A stretch of 64,000 bases of DNA from an uncultured Planctomycetota bacterium (lineage in GTDB: Bacteria; Planctomycetota; Planctomycetia; Gemmatales; Gemmataceae): positions 40,871-104,870 of the forward strand of contig CAVYFY010000029.1 of the NCBI GenBank assembly GCA_963767835.1, in the 5' to 3' direction. The position numbers and the translations under genes are program-made. Shown piece after piece: positions 30,135-40,646 of the stretch. The notes under the pieces were generated by a model, which searched no databases, was not told the DNA's origin, and saw nothing but the letters and a program-made list of their open reading frames with translations. The stretch's first letter is position 1, and each line of letters starts with the position of its first letter.

Positions 30135-30425
30135 ATGGCAACCCTCAACATCAACATTCCCGAGCCGATGAAGGAATTCGTGGACCGTGAGATTAATTCC
30201 GGCCGGTTCAAGGATGCAAGCACGTTTATGCAACTGCTGATTGCCGACGCTTTGGAAAATCAGGAAACCGGTTTTTCGGAAGCAGAGAGAGAGCGGATCG
30301 ACCAAATGCTCCTCGAATCGATGAAGTCCTTCGAACGCGGTGAAGCCGTTCCCGTTGAACCTGGCGAGTTTGAGAAATTGGCCAAACGCATGGTCGAACA
30401 ACATCAAGGGACGCGGGCCTTATGA
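30135..30425 (+). CDS. ParD-like ribbon-helix-helix antitoxin-family protein
   Basis: MATLNINIPEPMKEFVDREINSGRFKDASTFMQLLI matches the ParD antitoxin N-terminus. Its stop overlaps the next start (ATGA). Confidence 0.55.
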   Translation: MATLNINIPEPMKEFVDREINSGRFKDASTFMQLLIADALENQETGFSEAERERIDQMLLESMKSFERGEAVPVEPGEFEKLAKRMVEQHQGTRAL

Positions 30426-30781
30426 GAAAGCGCTACTTCATCTCGGCCGGCATCATGGCCGCGTCGCTCGGTTTGGCGCTCGTCATCCTTGCCGTGCTGC
30501 CGTCCGGCCCAGGCGTCACCAAAACAAATTTTAGCCGAATCGAAAAGGGAATGACGCTCGAAGAAGTTGAGGCCGTTTTGGGCCGTGCGGCAGATGGGGA
30601 GCATGTTCCTATCCCTGTCATATCGGCGCCGATTCCTTGCCCCCCCACGTTGCCGGAATGGGTGAGTTCCGACGGATCACGGGTTATCGTCGAATTCTCG
30701 GATGGCTTGGTGACGGACGCCTACTGGCAGGATTCCACCGAGACCATTATGCAGAAACTCCGTCGCTGGCTCCACTTGTAA
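30422..30781 (+). CDS. small membrane-anchored protein with BamE/SmpA-like motif
   Basis: TM helix, then GVTKTNFSRIEKGMTLEEVEAVLG, C-terminal RRWLHL. Paralog of 50894..51256. Confidence 0.55.
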   Translation: MRKRYFISAGIMAASLGLALVILAVLPSGPGVTKTNFSRIEKGMTLEEVEAVLGRAADGEHVPIPVISAPIPCPPTLPEWVSSDGSRVIVEFSDGLVTDAYWQDSTETIMQKLRRWLHL

Positions 30782-30907
30782 CGATAATCGATCGCACGTG
30801 TACGCATTTCCATCGTTCCGTCTTAAATATCAAGCAGTCCACGACGTATAATAGAATGAATCCCGCGCTAGAGCGTTTTCCCCCATTGGCCCGAAGGGAG
30901 ATTCCCC

Positions 30908-33094
30908 ATGCTTCTGGCTCATGTCTTTGCGGATGGCAACATCTGGTCCAGCCTTCCCGAACCGGCGCAATACGGCTTGATTCTTTTGGCAATCGCCGCG
31001 TCTATCGGAGCGCTGATCGAATTTGCCGGCTTGCGCTACATCCCCAACAATCGCGTCGGCATCGTCGAAAAGCTCTGGTCGCGCTCCGGCTCCGTCGAGC
31101 AGGGCCGATTGATCTCGCTGGGCGATGAAGCCGGCTTCAAGGCGGACGTGCTGCGCGGCGGCTTTCACATCGGCCTGTGGCGCTGGATGTATCGGCTGCA
31201 CAAAGTTCCGCTCGTCACGGTGCCGCAGGGCAAGATCGGCTACGTCTATGCCCGCGACGGCGAATCGCTTGCCCCCAGCCAGACACTGGGCCGCGTCGCC
31301 GCCAGCAACAATTTCCAGGATGCCCGCGAGTTCCTGCAGCCCGAAGACGCCGCCGCGCCGCGCGGGCAGCGCGGCCGGCAGCGCGCCGATCCTGCGCGAA
31401 GGCATGTACGCCATCAATCTCGCCCTCTTCATCGTCATTACCGAGGATGCCGTCTTCCATCTCAATTTCCAGATGGACAACGAGCTCAACACGCTCGTCG
31501 ATTGGCAGCGCGAGCTCGAACGCGCCCACGGCTTCAGCCCCGTCGTCATCGGCGCAAGCCGCCCGTCGGCCCCCCACCGACGAAGAAGACGATGGCAAAA
31601 AAGCCAAACGCGCTGCCCCCGAATCGCAGCTCGGCTCCAGCGGCGACAATATCGGCGTCGTCACCGTTCAGGACGGACCGTCGCTCGAATCTGGCGAGAT
31701 CATCGCGCCGGAAGTCGGCAACGATGCCAAGGATCCCAATTATCACAACAATTTCCAGGACCCCGAAGCTTTCTTGCGCCGGCGGCCGCCGCGGTCGGCA
31801 ATATCCCACGCTCACCGATGGCACTTACTTCATCAACCGCTGGTTCGCATCCGTCGAATTCATGCCCAAGACCGTCGTGCCGATCGGCTTTGTCGGCGTC
31901 GTCGTTAGCTACTATGGCCGCGTCGGCGACGATGTCTCGGGCACGGCGTTTCGGCACGGCGAGCGCGTCGCTTCCGGCGAGCGCGGCGTCTGGGAAAAGG
32001 CGCTCGGGCCGGGCAAGTATCCATTCAACACCTACGCCGGCGCCATCATCCAGGTGCCGACGACCAACTTCGTCTTGCACTGGATCACCGGCAAGAGCGA
32101 ATCGCATCATTATGACGACAGCCTGAAGTCGATCGACCTCGTCACCAAGGACGCCTATGAGCCGAACCTGCCGCTCTCGGTGGTCGTTCATATCGACTAT
32201 CAGAGGGCGCCGAGCGTCATCCAGCGCTTTGGCGACGTGAAGAAGCTCATCACGCAAACGCTCGATCCGATGCTGAGCGCCTACTTCCGCGACATCGCCC
32301 ACAAGAAGACGATGCTCGAGTTGCTCCAACAACGCGACGCCATTCAAGGCGAGGGCCGCGAGGAGCTGCGCCGCAAGTTCCGCGATTTCGACATCGAATG
32401 CGTCGATGTCCTCATCGGCAAACCCGAAACCGCGGAGGCGGGCGGCAAAATCGAAACGCTGCTTGAACAATTGCGCATCCGGCAACTCTCCATCGAGCAA
32501 ATCGAAACTTACGAACGCCAGCGTGCCGCGGCCGAGAAGCTGCGGACCCTGCAAGAGGCCCAGGCGATCGCCAACATGCAGACCAACCTGACCAATTCGA
32601 GCGTGCAGATTCGCATTGCCGAGAACCAGGGGGACGCCGACTTGGCGAAGGCCCGCAAGCAAGCCGAGCAGCTGGTGGTGACGGCTCAGGCCGAAAGCCA
32701 GCAGCGGGTCTTGGCGGGGCGCGGCGAAGGTTCGCGCGTCTTGCAGATCGGTCTGTCCGAGGCGGCCGTCCTGTTACGCAAGATCAGCTCGTTCGGCGAT
32801 CCGCGGCTCTACGCCCTGCAACTGGTCGCCGAGCAGCTATCGCACGCCAGCCAGCCGCTGGTGCCGGAGCGCGTCTTCATGTCGGGCAACGGCGACGGAG
32901 CGCCGACGCAAGCGAGCGGCATGCTCGGTATGTTGTTGCAGCTTCTCGTCGCGGAGAAATCGGGCTTCCAGCCAAGCGAAACGGCCGGACTCGATTCTCT
33001 CAAGGAATTCGCTGACCGCATGACGCGCGAGGCCATGGAATCGATGCAGCAGGCGACGAAACCCGAGCCTGCCGCCAACGGCGCGAAGAAATAA
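30908..33094 (+). CDS. SPFH/band-7 (flotillin-like) membrane protein; at least 3 frame breaks between 31370 and 31830
   Basis: N-terminal TM, then the SPFH core spread over three frames (APILREGMYAINLALF..., DDGKKAKRAAPESQ..., then frame 1 IDLVTKDAYEPNLPLSVVVHIDYQ), and a C-terminal flotillin coiled coil. Confidence 0.6.
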   Translation: MLLAHVFADGNIWSSLPEPAQYGLILLAIAASIGALIEFAGLRYIPNNRVGIVEKLWSRSGSVEQGRLISLGDEAGFKADVLRGGFHIGLWRWMYRLHKVPLVTVPQGKIGYVYARDGESLAPSQTLGRVAASNNFQDAREFLQPEDAAAPRGQRGRQRADPARRHVRHQSRPLHRHYRGCRLPSQFPDGQRAQHARRLAARARTRPRLQPRRHRRKPPVGPPPTKKTMAKKPNALPPNRSSAPAATISASSPFRTDRRSNLARSSRRKSATMPRIPIITTISRTPKLSCAGGRRGRQYPTLTDGTYFINRWFASVEFMPKTVVPIGFVGVVVSYYGRVGDDVSGTAFRHGERVASGERGVWEKALGPGKYPFNTYAGAIIQVPTTNFVLHWITGKSESHHYDDSLKSIDLVTKDAYEPNLPLSVVVHIDYQRAPSVIQRFGDVKKLITQTLDPMLSAYFRDIAHKKTMLELLQQRDAIQGEGREELRRKFRDFDIECVDVLIGKPETAEAGGKIETLLEQLRIRQLSIEQIETYERQRAAAEKLRTLQEAQAIANMQTNLTNSSVQIRIAENQGDADLAKARKQAEQLVVTAQAESQQRVLAGRGEGSRVLQIGLSEAAVLLRKISSFGDPRLYALQLVAEQLSHASQPLVPERVFMSGNGDGAPTQASGMLGMLLQLLVAEKSGFQPSETAGLDSLKEFADRMTREAMESMQQATKPEPAANGAKK

Positions 33095-33111
33095 TCGCCG
33101 GCTGACGCGTG

Positions 33112-33198
33112 TTCCCATTCGCTTGCGGTTTCGCACGCCGAGTCCGCGGTTTGGCAGGATTTTGTGTGCGAAACCGCAAGCGAGCGTCATTTCGAATG
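33112..33198. repeat. R5 palindromic repeat (cgcttgcggtttcgcac / gtgcgaaaccgcaagcg arms, 29-bp spacer)
   Basis: Inverted repeat seen directly. Related copies at 25970-26002, 36733-36840, 38771-38808. Confidence 0.7.
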
Positions 33199-33347
33199 CG
33201 GAATCGCTGCGATCGTCATTGCCTTCCCATTTTCACGGAAATCTGAATTCGCATTTGCCGACCGTGCTGATTGCGACGACCTTTCCGTTCGATCCATAGC
33301 GATGGGACAGGATGTCACCGGCCCGAAACCGTGGAAATGGAGTTCTC

Positions 33348-34238
33348 ATGCGTCGGAAGGCATGGCTCGCCGTCGTACTGATTGCCGTTCTGCTTCCGCA
33401 ATCGGCGCAGGCCCAGGAAAAAGACGGCTTCAGCCTGATGGGGTTCATCGATTCCCTTCAGCTCGGCTGGCGGCCCGAACCGCACGAGACGGAGCCGTTC
33501 AATCAGCCGATCGCCATGAACGGCAATTGCATCCTCAACTATTATCAGACTGACGCGGTCATGATGCATCGCTCGTCCGGCTCATTCGGCGGCGATATGG
33601 ATTGGTCGGTCGGCCCCCGTCTGATTCTGGGCCGAGGCATGAGCGATCGCGACGCCGTCGAAGTCGGCTACTTCGCCCAGTACCAGATGAACGGCTCCAT
33701 CTTCAATGCCGGCGGCACTCCGCTCAATTTTCGCGAGGATTATCGCTCGGAATTCAACAGCTTCGAGCTCAATTATCGCCATTGGTTCTTGCCGGAATTC
33801 TCGGTGATCGCCGGCTTTCGCTACATCAACTGGCACGAAGATCTCAATGCCGCGTTTGACACGCCGCCCGGCTCGGTCAACGCCATCGATCACACCAACA
33901 ACAACCTGTTCGGCGGCCAGATCGGCGGCGATTGGAAGCATTCCTTTGGCAACGGCTTCGGCCTCGAACTCAGCGGCAAGGCGGGCATCTACGGCAACCG
34001 CTGCGAATCGGACGGCACGCTCGGAACCGCCGGCAGCACGCGGGCATCCTTCGTCGGCGAACTCGGTTTAGTCGGCACCTACAACCTGACGGGGTATTTG
34101 AAAGCCCGGGCCGGCTACGAGGTGATGTGGGTCGAAGGTCTCGCGTTGGCGCCGGACCAGATCAGCGCCCCCAGCATCAACAATCGCGGCGGCGTCTTCC
34201 TGCACGGCGCGGTCGTCGGGTTGGAACTCAGCTGGTGA
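33348..34238 (+). CDS. outer-membrane beta-barrel protein (planctomycete BBP7-like)
   Basis: Signal peptide MRRKAWLAVVLIAVLLPQSAQA, alternating amphipathic strands, C-terminal ...GLELSW aromatic terminus. Confidence 0.55.
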   Translation: MRRKAWLAVVLIAVLLPQSAQAQEKDGFSLMGFIDSLQLGWRPEPHETEPFNQPIAMNGNCILNYYQTDAVMMHRSSGSFGGDMDWSVGPRLILGRGMSDRDAVEVGYFAQYQMNGSIFNAGGTPLNFREDYRSEFNSFELNYRHWFLPEFSVIAGFRYINWHEDLNAAFDTPPGSVNAIDHTNNNLFGGQIGGDWKHSFGNGFGLELSGKAGIYGNRCESDGTLGTAGSTRASFVGELGLVGTYNLTGYLKARAGYEVMWVEGLALAPDQISAPSINNRGGVFLHGAVVGLELSW

Positions 34239-34250
34239 GGCGGCATTTCC

Positions 34251-34352
34251 TCCCCTCTCCCTCCGGGAGAGGGGCCGGGGGTGAGGGCGTTTGGCATCAT
34301 TTTTAGCGAGCCACTCCCTCACCCCCAGCCCCTCTCCCGGAGGGAGAAGGGA
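34251..34352. repeat. R1 composite palindrome, intergenic copy
   Basis: cccctctccctccgggagaggggccgggggtgaggg ...spacer... ccctcacccccagcccctctcccggagggagaaggga. Confidence 0.85.
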
Positions 34353-34406
34353 GCGAAGATTCCTGGCATTTCATAAAATCACACCAACGCCCGCCGGGGA
34401 ACCACT

Positions 34407-36679
34407 ATGCCGCGCATCATCTGCGTTCTCGCGCTCGCACTCGCTTTGACGAACCTTGCCGCCGCCCAGGATCATGGCCGGGTGCTCTCGTGCGCTCTGG
34501 ATGTCTATCCGCACAAGCTCAACGACACCACCGATCTCGCGGATACGAAGAATTATGTATTCCGCGGCAAGGTCATTAGCCTCGGCAAGGACAAGAAGGT
34601 CCACATCTGCTACGACACCGAGCACATGCGCGTCGCCGGCGCCTGGGTCGGCAAACCGATCCAATTCACCGCCGACAAGAACATGGGCTCCACCGTCGAG
34701 GGCGAAATGCTCTTCTCGACGAAGCCCGGCCCAGGCTGGGCCAAGGACGGTAAATGGGACGACTCGCGCGTCGGCAAGGAAGGGCCATTGCCGCGCGATT
34801 GGGCCCATTACAAGGGGCTGTATCTGCACGGCGACAAGGTGGTGCTGTCGTACACCGTCGGCGATATGGATGTGCTGGAGATGCCGGACGTCATGGCTCT
34901 CACGCCCTCACGCGGACGTTCAGCTTGGGCCCCAAGCAAAAGCGCTCAATCGCTCACAATCGCGGAATGGGAGAAGCCGTGGAAGTCCGACATGGTTTCC
35001 AAGGAGCCTGGTCGAGCCATAGAGTTCTGCGAGCTACATTCCGGTTTACCAACGGAAATTCATCGGCCTCATTGGGTTAAGGGAAAGGCATCGTTCCGCG
35101 TCGAGGCAAGCGTAAGGTCATGCTTGATCTTGAGCCTATGCCGGATGGGCAGCTGTTTCAAAGTTTTTGTTAGCCTCGATTAACTTTCGTATTACCGATT
35201 TCTTGCTGGCACGCGGCGGTGATATCGAGAAATTTGGCTGCTCTAACGAAAGGCGGCCCCGCGCATTGGCCAGAAACGCTCGAAACCGCCGGTACGCTCG
35301 GCGACAACAAGGTCGGCCCCTACACGCTCGATCAGATTGCGCTTCCCGAGAAGAATCCCTGGGACGCGTCGATTCGCTTTGCCGGGCTTGATTTCTTTGA
35401 GGATGGCCGGGCCGCGTTGTGCACGTGGGATGGCGATGTCTGGATCGTCTCCGGGCTGGATGCCGGCCTCAAGAAGGTCCGCTGGAGACGCTTCGCCGCC
35501 GGGCTGCAGCAGCCGCTCGGCCTCAAGATCATCAAGGGGATCATCCACGTTGCCGGCCGCGATCAAATCACGAAGCTGCACGATCTGAACAACGACGGCG
35601 AGGCCGACTTCTACGAGAATTTCAACAACGATGCGGGCCTCACCTTGCAGCGGCACGAGTTCGTCATGGATTTGCAAACGGACAAGAACGGGAATTTGTA
35701 CTATTGCCGCAGCGGGCATTATCTCCAGTCGAAGCGCGGCGACAACTGCGTCGTCTACAAGCTCTCACCCGACGGCAAGAAGCTCGAAAAGTTCGCGACC
35801 GGCTTCCGCGAACCGAACGGCATGTCGATCGGCCCCGACGGCACGATGACCGTCGCCGACAACGAAGGCAACGGCATCCCGCAAACGCCGATCTATCGCT
35901 TGCTGCAAGGCAAGGATTACGGCTTCACGCCATCGAATACCGGCAAGGTCAACGACGGCACGTGGAAGATGCGTGAGCGGCCGATTGTTTGGCTCGGCCC
36001 CAAGGTGGACACGTCGGCCGGCAGCCAGGTTTGGGTTCCCCGGCGAGCCGAGCCCCGTAAGGGGCCGGTTCACGCGGGCGATAACCGGGTCCTTACGGAC
36101 CTCGGCTCGCCGGCATGGGGCCCGCTCGCCGGCAAATTGCTGCATACCAGCTACGGCAATTGCGCCCTCTTTCACCTCATGATCGACAAAACCGCGGAGC
36201 CGTGGCAGGGGGCGGTGTGGAAGTTTCCGCTCACGTTCAACAGCGGCATCATGCGGGCACGCTTCAATCCCAAGGACGGCCAGCTCTACGTCTGCGGCCT
36301 GCGCGGCTGGGGCACCAGTGCGGTCAAGGACGGCCAGTTCGCCCGCGTTCGCTATACGGGAAAAGACGTACCGATCCCGGTCGGCTACCGCGTCACGAAA
36401 GCGGGCCTGGAATTCAGCTTCTCCGGTCCGCTCGACAAGGCCGCCGCCGAGGACGACGACAACTGGGCCGGCAGTTGGTCGGAAGATTTGAAGAAGATGC
36501 CCAACATGAAGGAGATGCCGATCAAGGCGGCGCATCTGAGCGATGACCGCAAAACCGTGACGATCGCGCTGGAGAAGGTGCGCGCCGTGCCGAACTTCGC
36601 GCTGCAATATCGCATCAAGTCGGCGGACGGGGCCAAGGTCACGGGCGAATTAAACGGGACAATCCATCGCGTGCCTTAG
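34407..36679 (+). CDS. secreted beta-propeller-like hypothetical protein, disrupted between about 34880 and 35220 (multiple frames, low-GC segment)
   Basis: N-terminal ORF 34407..35183 and C-terminal ORF 35219..36679 read as parts of one protein (signal peptide; ...NNDGEADFYENF, PDGTMTVADNEGN propeller-like blades). The middle segment changes frame and has atypical composition. Confidence 0.5.
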
Positions 36680-36732
36680 CCTTGCACAAGCCATGGACTG
36701 CGGTAAGATTATGAAAGAAGCGCATCGTCCGT

Positions 36733-36840
36733 GATGCAACATTGAAGCTCGCTTGGCGGTTTCGCCACTCTATCCCACGGGTTTGACCGCTTGGCGCGTT
36801 TTCGAGCGCGAAACCGCCAGGCGAGCTTCGATGTTGCATC
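36733..36840. repeat. R5 palindromic repeat, longest copy (33-bp arms, 42-bp spacer)
   Basis: gatgcaacattgaagctcgcttggcggtttcgc ... gcgaaaccgccaggcgagcttcgatgttgcatc. Confidence 0.8.
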
Positions 36841-36881
36841 CAGGAGCGACGGGTTCTTTAATTCGCCGACTGGAGAGACCG

Positions 36882-37295
36882 ATGGCCGAGCAGAAATTGA
36901 TCCTGATCGTGGATGACGATTACGACCTGAGCGACGGCATCCGCGCGGTGCTGGAAACGCAAGGGCACAAGGTCATCCAGGCCCGCGACGGCCAGCAGGG
37001 GCAACAGCTCATTTACCAGCAACGGCCTGATCTCGTCATCCTCGACATGATGATGCCGCGCAAGGGGGGCTATCCGGTCCTGGAGCATTTCCGCGACAAG
37101 AAAGACGCCCCGCCGATCATCATGATCACCGCCAACGAAGGGAGTCGGCACAAGGCCTATGCCGAATACCTCGGCGTCATCGATTACATCCGCAAGCCGT
37201 TCGCCATGGAGCGCCTGCTCGAAGCGGTGGAGCGCGGCCTGAATCCGCAAGAGCCCACGGCCGAGCCGGAGCCAGAAGCCGAGAAGAAGCCGTGA
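36882..37295 (+). CDS. stand-alone response-regulator receiver domain protein (CheY-like)
   Basis: LILIVDDDYDL, DLVILDMMMP, ITANEGSRHKA, IDYIRKPF. Confidence 0.75.
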   Translation: MAEQKLILIVDDDYDLSDGIRAVLETQGHKVIQARDGQQGQQLIYQQRPDLVILDMMMPRKGGYPVLEHFRDKKDAPPIIMITANEGSRHKAYAEYLGVIDYIRKPFAMERLLEAVERGLNPQEPTAEPEPEAEKKP

Positions 37296-38799
37296 GCGTG
37301 ATCACGCCCGCCGCCAGCGTTCTCTTGTCGCGCGGCCCCGGTTCGCGCGAGATTTTCGCCATCCTGCGCAGCCGGCAGCTCAAATTCTTCGGCGGCTTCT
37401 GGGCCTTTCCCGGCGGCAAGCTCACCCGCCTGGAAGCCGAATCACTCGACCATGCGGACGCCCGCCGCCATGCCGCTTGCCGTGAACTGTTCGAGGAAAC
37501 CGGCGTCCTGGTCGCGCGGCAGGCGGATGGCTCGTTTCCGATCATCGACGCCGAACTATCCGAATGCCGACGCGGTTTGATCGCGGACGAGCTGGCGTTT
37601 GGGCATTTCTTGAGCGAGCACGGCTTGACGGTGCGAGCGGAGGATTTCGCGCTGATCGGCGAGATCACGACGCCGGACTTCGCGCCGGTGCGTTATGCGA
37701 CCACGTTTTTCGTCGCCCATCTGCCGGCGGGGCAGGGGCCGGATGTCTGGCCCGGCGAACTGGAACGCGGCGAATGGGTCGATGTCCAGGAATTGCTGGC
37801 CCGCTGGCGGCGCGGCAACCACTTGACGCCGCCCAGCGTGATGACGCTGCAAGCGCTCGCGGATCGGCCGGTGGATGATGCGCCGCGTGTGCTTGGACCA
37901 CTGTTGCGCCGCCTGGCCGGCGGCGCGATGCATCCGATTTATTTCGCGCCCTGCGTGCAGATGATCCCGCTCAAGACCGTCGCCTTGCCGCCCAGCACCC
38001 ACACCAACGCGTACCTGGTCGGCAACGGGCCGCGCTATCTCATCGATCCCGGCGCGAGCGATCCAGGTGAGCATGCTCGGTTGTTTCAGGTGCTCGACGA
38101 AGAACGCCCGCTCAGTGCGGTCCTGTTGACGCATCATCATCCGGACCATGTCGGCGCCGCGAATGCTTGCCGGGAGCGCTACGGCGTGCCGATCTGGCGC
38201 ATCCGCGCACGGCCCAGTTGCTGGAAGGCCGCATCAGTGTTGATCGGATGCTCGATGACACGCCGCTGTCGCTGGGGCCGCATCCGGCGGACGGCGGCCC
38301 GTGGCATCTGTGTCCGCTGCACACGCCGGGGCATGCGTCGGGGCATCTGGTGTTCTTCGATCCGTTCTACGGTCTGCTCTATGCCGGCGACATGATTTCG
38401 ACGGTGACCTCGATCGTGATTGGTCCGCCCGACGGCGATTTGGCCGTTTACCTGCATTCGCTGCAAGAGTTGCGCAAGCTTCCCGCTCGATTGCTCCTGC
38501 CCGCGCATGGCAATGTCAGCGCTCGACCGGCTGGCCTGATCGATGCCGCTCTGGAGCATCGCGCCAAACGCGAGCGACAGCTTGTTGACGCGCTGAGCGA
38601 AGGTCCCGCGGCGATTGACGAATTGACGCAGCGGCTCTATCGCGGCACCCCGGAAGCGGTGATGCGCTTTGCGCGGGCACAGGTGCTGGCGGGGTTGCTG
38701 AAACTGCAAGGCGAAGGGCGAGCGCATTCGCTGGGCGGTGATCGATGGGAATTAGACGCCGGCGCTTCCCTGTGCGCGAAACCGCCAAGCGAGCATTGA
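37292..38799 (+). CDS. NUDIX hydrolase / MBL-fold metallo-hydrolase fusion protein; frame break near 38190-38230
   Basis: NUDIX box GGKLTRLEAESLDHADARRHAACRELFEETGV; MBL LLTHHHPDHVGAA...HTPGHASGH in the adjacent frame. Confidence 0.65.
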
Positions 38800-38844
38800 T
38801 GGTGCACGGCGGCGGATGGATATAATAGAGGAAACGGAGATTGC

Positions 38845-39088
38845 CATGGCCGAATCGGATTCCCTGAAAACGCGCGTTGTCGAGGCGCTGGCCCGACATG
38901 TCGGCCCCGCCCTCGAAATGGACGGCACGCTGCTCGAAGTGCTCGATGTCTCCGATGGCGTCGCCCGCATTCGCCTGGGCGGCGTGTGCGGCAATTGCCC
39001 CAGCTCCATCATGCTCGTCGTCAACGGCATCGAGGAGGAGTTGCGCAAGCACGTGCCGGAAGTCGCCTACATCGAAGCGGTGCCGTGA
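38845..39088 (+). CDS. NifU-like (Nfu) Fe-S cluster assembly domain protein
   Basis: ALEMDGTLLEVLDVSDGVARIRLGGVCGNCPSS matches the NifU C-terminal domain pattern. Confidence 0.65.
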
Positions 39089-39912
39089 TGCTGCTCGGCT
39101 ACAACACCAACGGCTTCGCCCATCATCGGCTCGAGGACGCCATCACCATCCTTGCGGAACTCGGCTATCAAAGCGTCGCCATCACGCTCGACTATCACGC
39201 ACTCAATCCGCTTGACATGGATTTCGCCCGGCATTGCGAGCGCATCCGCGGCCTCTTGACGCAGTTCAAGCTGGGCTGCGTCATCGAAACCGGCGCAAGG
39301 TTTCTGCTCGATCCGCGCCGCAAGCATCAACCGACGCTATTAAGCGACCGCCTGGAAGATCGACGACGGCGGCGCGACTTTTTGTGCCGCGTGGTGGATA
39401 TCGCTGCCGACTTGCGAGCGGATGCCGTCAGCTTCTGGTCGGGGACGCCGGACGCCGACATCGGCCCGAACGAATTGATGAGTCGTCTGGCAGAAGAATG
39501 TGGTGGTCTTGCCGATTACGCGGCGCCGAAAGTGCGGTTGGCGTTCGAGCCGGAGCCGGGCATGTTCATCGACACGATGGCGAAGTTCGAGGAGTTGCAC
39601 CGGCGCGTCAATCATCTGCATTTCGGCTTGACGCTGGATGTCGGCCATCTGCACTGCATGGGCGAGACGCCGATCGCGGCCCACATCGAGCGCTGGAAGG
39701 ATCGGCTCTGGAACGTGCACATCGAGGACATGCGGCGCGGGGTCCACGAGCATCTGATGTTCGGTGAGGGCGAGATGGAATTCCCGCCGATCTTGCGAGA
39801 GTTAAAAGAAATCGGCTACGACGGCGGCGTTCATGTCGAACTCAGCCGGCATAGCCATGACGCCGTCCACACGGCACGGCGGGCGATTGCGTTTCTGAAA
39901 AGCCTCACTTGA
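39088..39912 (+). CDS. sugar phosphate isomerase/epimerase (xylose-isomerase-like TIM barrel)
   Basis: LAFEPEPGMFIDTMAKF, LTLDVGHLHCMGE, HVELSRHSHDA. Start overlaps the upstream stop (TGATG). Confidence 0.6.
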   Translation: MLLGYNTNGFAHHRLEDAITILAELGYQSVAITLDYHALNPLDMDFARHCERIRGLLTQFKLGCVIETGARFLLDPRRKHQPTLLSDRLEDRRRRRDFLCRVVDIAADLRADAVSFWSGTPDADIGPNELMSRLAEECGGLADYAAPKVRLAFEPEPGMFIDTMAKFEELHRRVNHLHFGLTLDVGHLHCMGETPIAAHIERWKDRLWNVHIEDMRRGVHEHLMFGEGEMEFPPILRELKEIGYDGGVHVELSRHSHDAVHTARRAIAFLKSLT

Positions 39913-40501
39913 ACTTGGAATGGCAGTTGAGGCAGCTGTTGTTGAGCTTGTCGGCGGCGGTCTTGATGGCGTTGGCGTTCTTGCCCGCCACGGCCTTTCT
40001 GAAGGCGGCGGCGGCGTCGCGTGTGTCGTCGGAGAAATTCTTCCAGGCCTTCTTCGTCTTGCCGCCCGCCATGTCCTTCTCCGGCACGCGCAATTTAATC
40101 ATCTCCGCCATAGCGACGAGCCAGAGGGCGGCTTCTTCGTTGGCGGGGTCGGCGGCCTCGTTCGCTTTAACGTTTTTCGCATACTCCTGGATCTTTTTCT
40201 CCAGACCGTCGGTGGCGGGATTCGCGCCGGCCTTCGAGCCCCAGCCCAGGCCGCCTTTATTGCGCGGCTTGAACAGATGCATGAAATCAGAATTGTCCTC
40301 GATATCTTTCAGGGAGTTGGCCTTGGCTGCCTGCTTCTTGACGGCGTCAGCGTCCCCCTTCTTGACGGCGTCGGCCACCTTGGTGATCGCTTCCGCCACG
40401 GCTTTTTCCGGGCCGCCGGAAGCCGCGTTCGAGGCGCAGAGCAGTCCGAGAGTTGCCGCGAGCAGCACGCTCGCAATGGCCAAGCGAACCTTCGTTGTCA
40501 T
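39905..40501 (-). CDS. secreted monohaem cytochrome c, cytochrome c'-like (C-terminal CxxCH)
   Basis: Signal peptide, helical Lys/Ala-rich body, C-terminal CLNCHSKFK. Confidence 0.6.
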   Translation of the reverse strand: MTTKVRLAIASVLLAATLGLLCASNAASGGPEKAVAEAITKVADAVKKGDADAVKKQAAKANSLKDIEDNSDFMHLFKPRNKGGLGWGSKAGANPATDGLEKKIQEYAKNVKANEAADPANEEAALWLVAMAEMIKLRVPEKDMAGGKTKKAWKNFSDDTRDAAAAFRKAVAGKNANAIKTAADKLNNSCLNCHSKFK

Positions 40502-40574
40502 GGAATTCTCCTGTTGAGGATGAGTTTGCGAATCGATCCTGTCCCATCAGGATCACGCTCATTCACTTCCGCGT

Positions 40575-40642
40575 GGGGCCAGGCTTTCCAGCCTGGCCAA
40601 GACTTCATTTGCTGGTTCGGCCAGGCTAGAAAGCCTGGCCCC
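40575..40642. repeat. R2 palindromic repeat pair, intergenic copy with compensatory A>C / T>G changes
   Basis: ggggccaggctttccagcctggcc aagacttcatttgctggttc ggccaggctagaaagcctggcccc. Confidence 0.8.
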
Positions 40643-40646
40643 ACGA

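Noticed and set aside
31125-32126. ORFs 31125..32126 and 31177..31908 as separate genes
   Set aside because: They are alternative frames of the single flotillin-like gene 30908..33094. Each carries only a short stretch of genuine SPFH sequence between frame breaks.
35765-36607. 280-aa minus-strand ORF
   Set aside because: Antisense to the C-terminal half of the beta-propeller gene 34407..36679.
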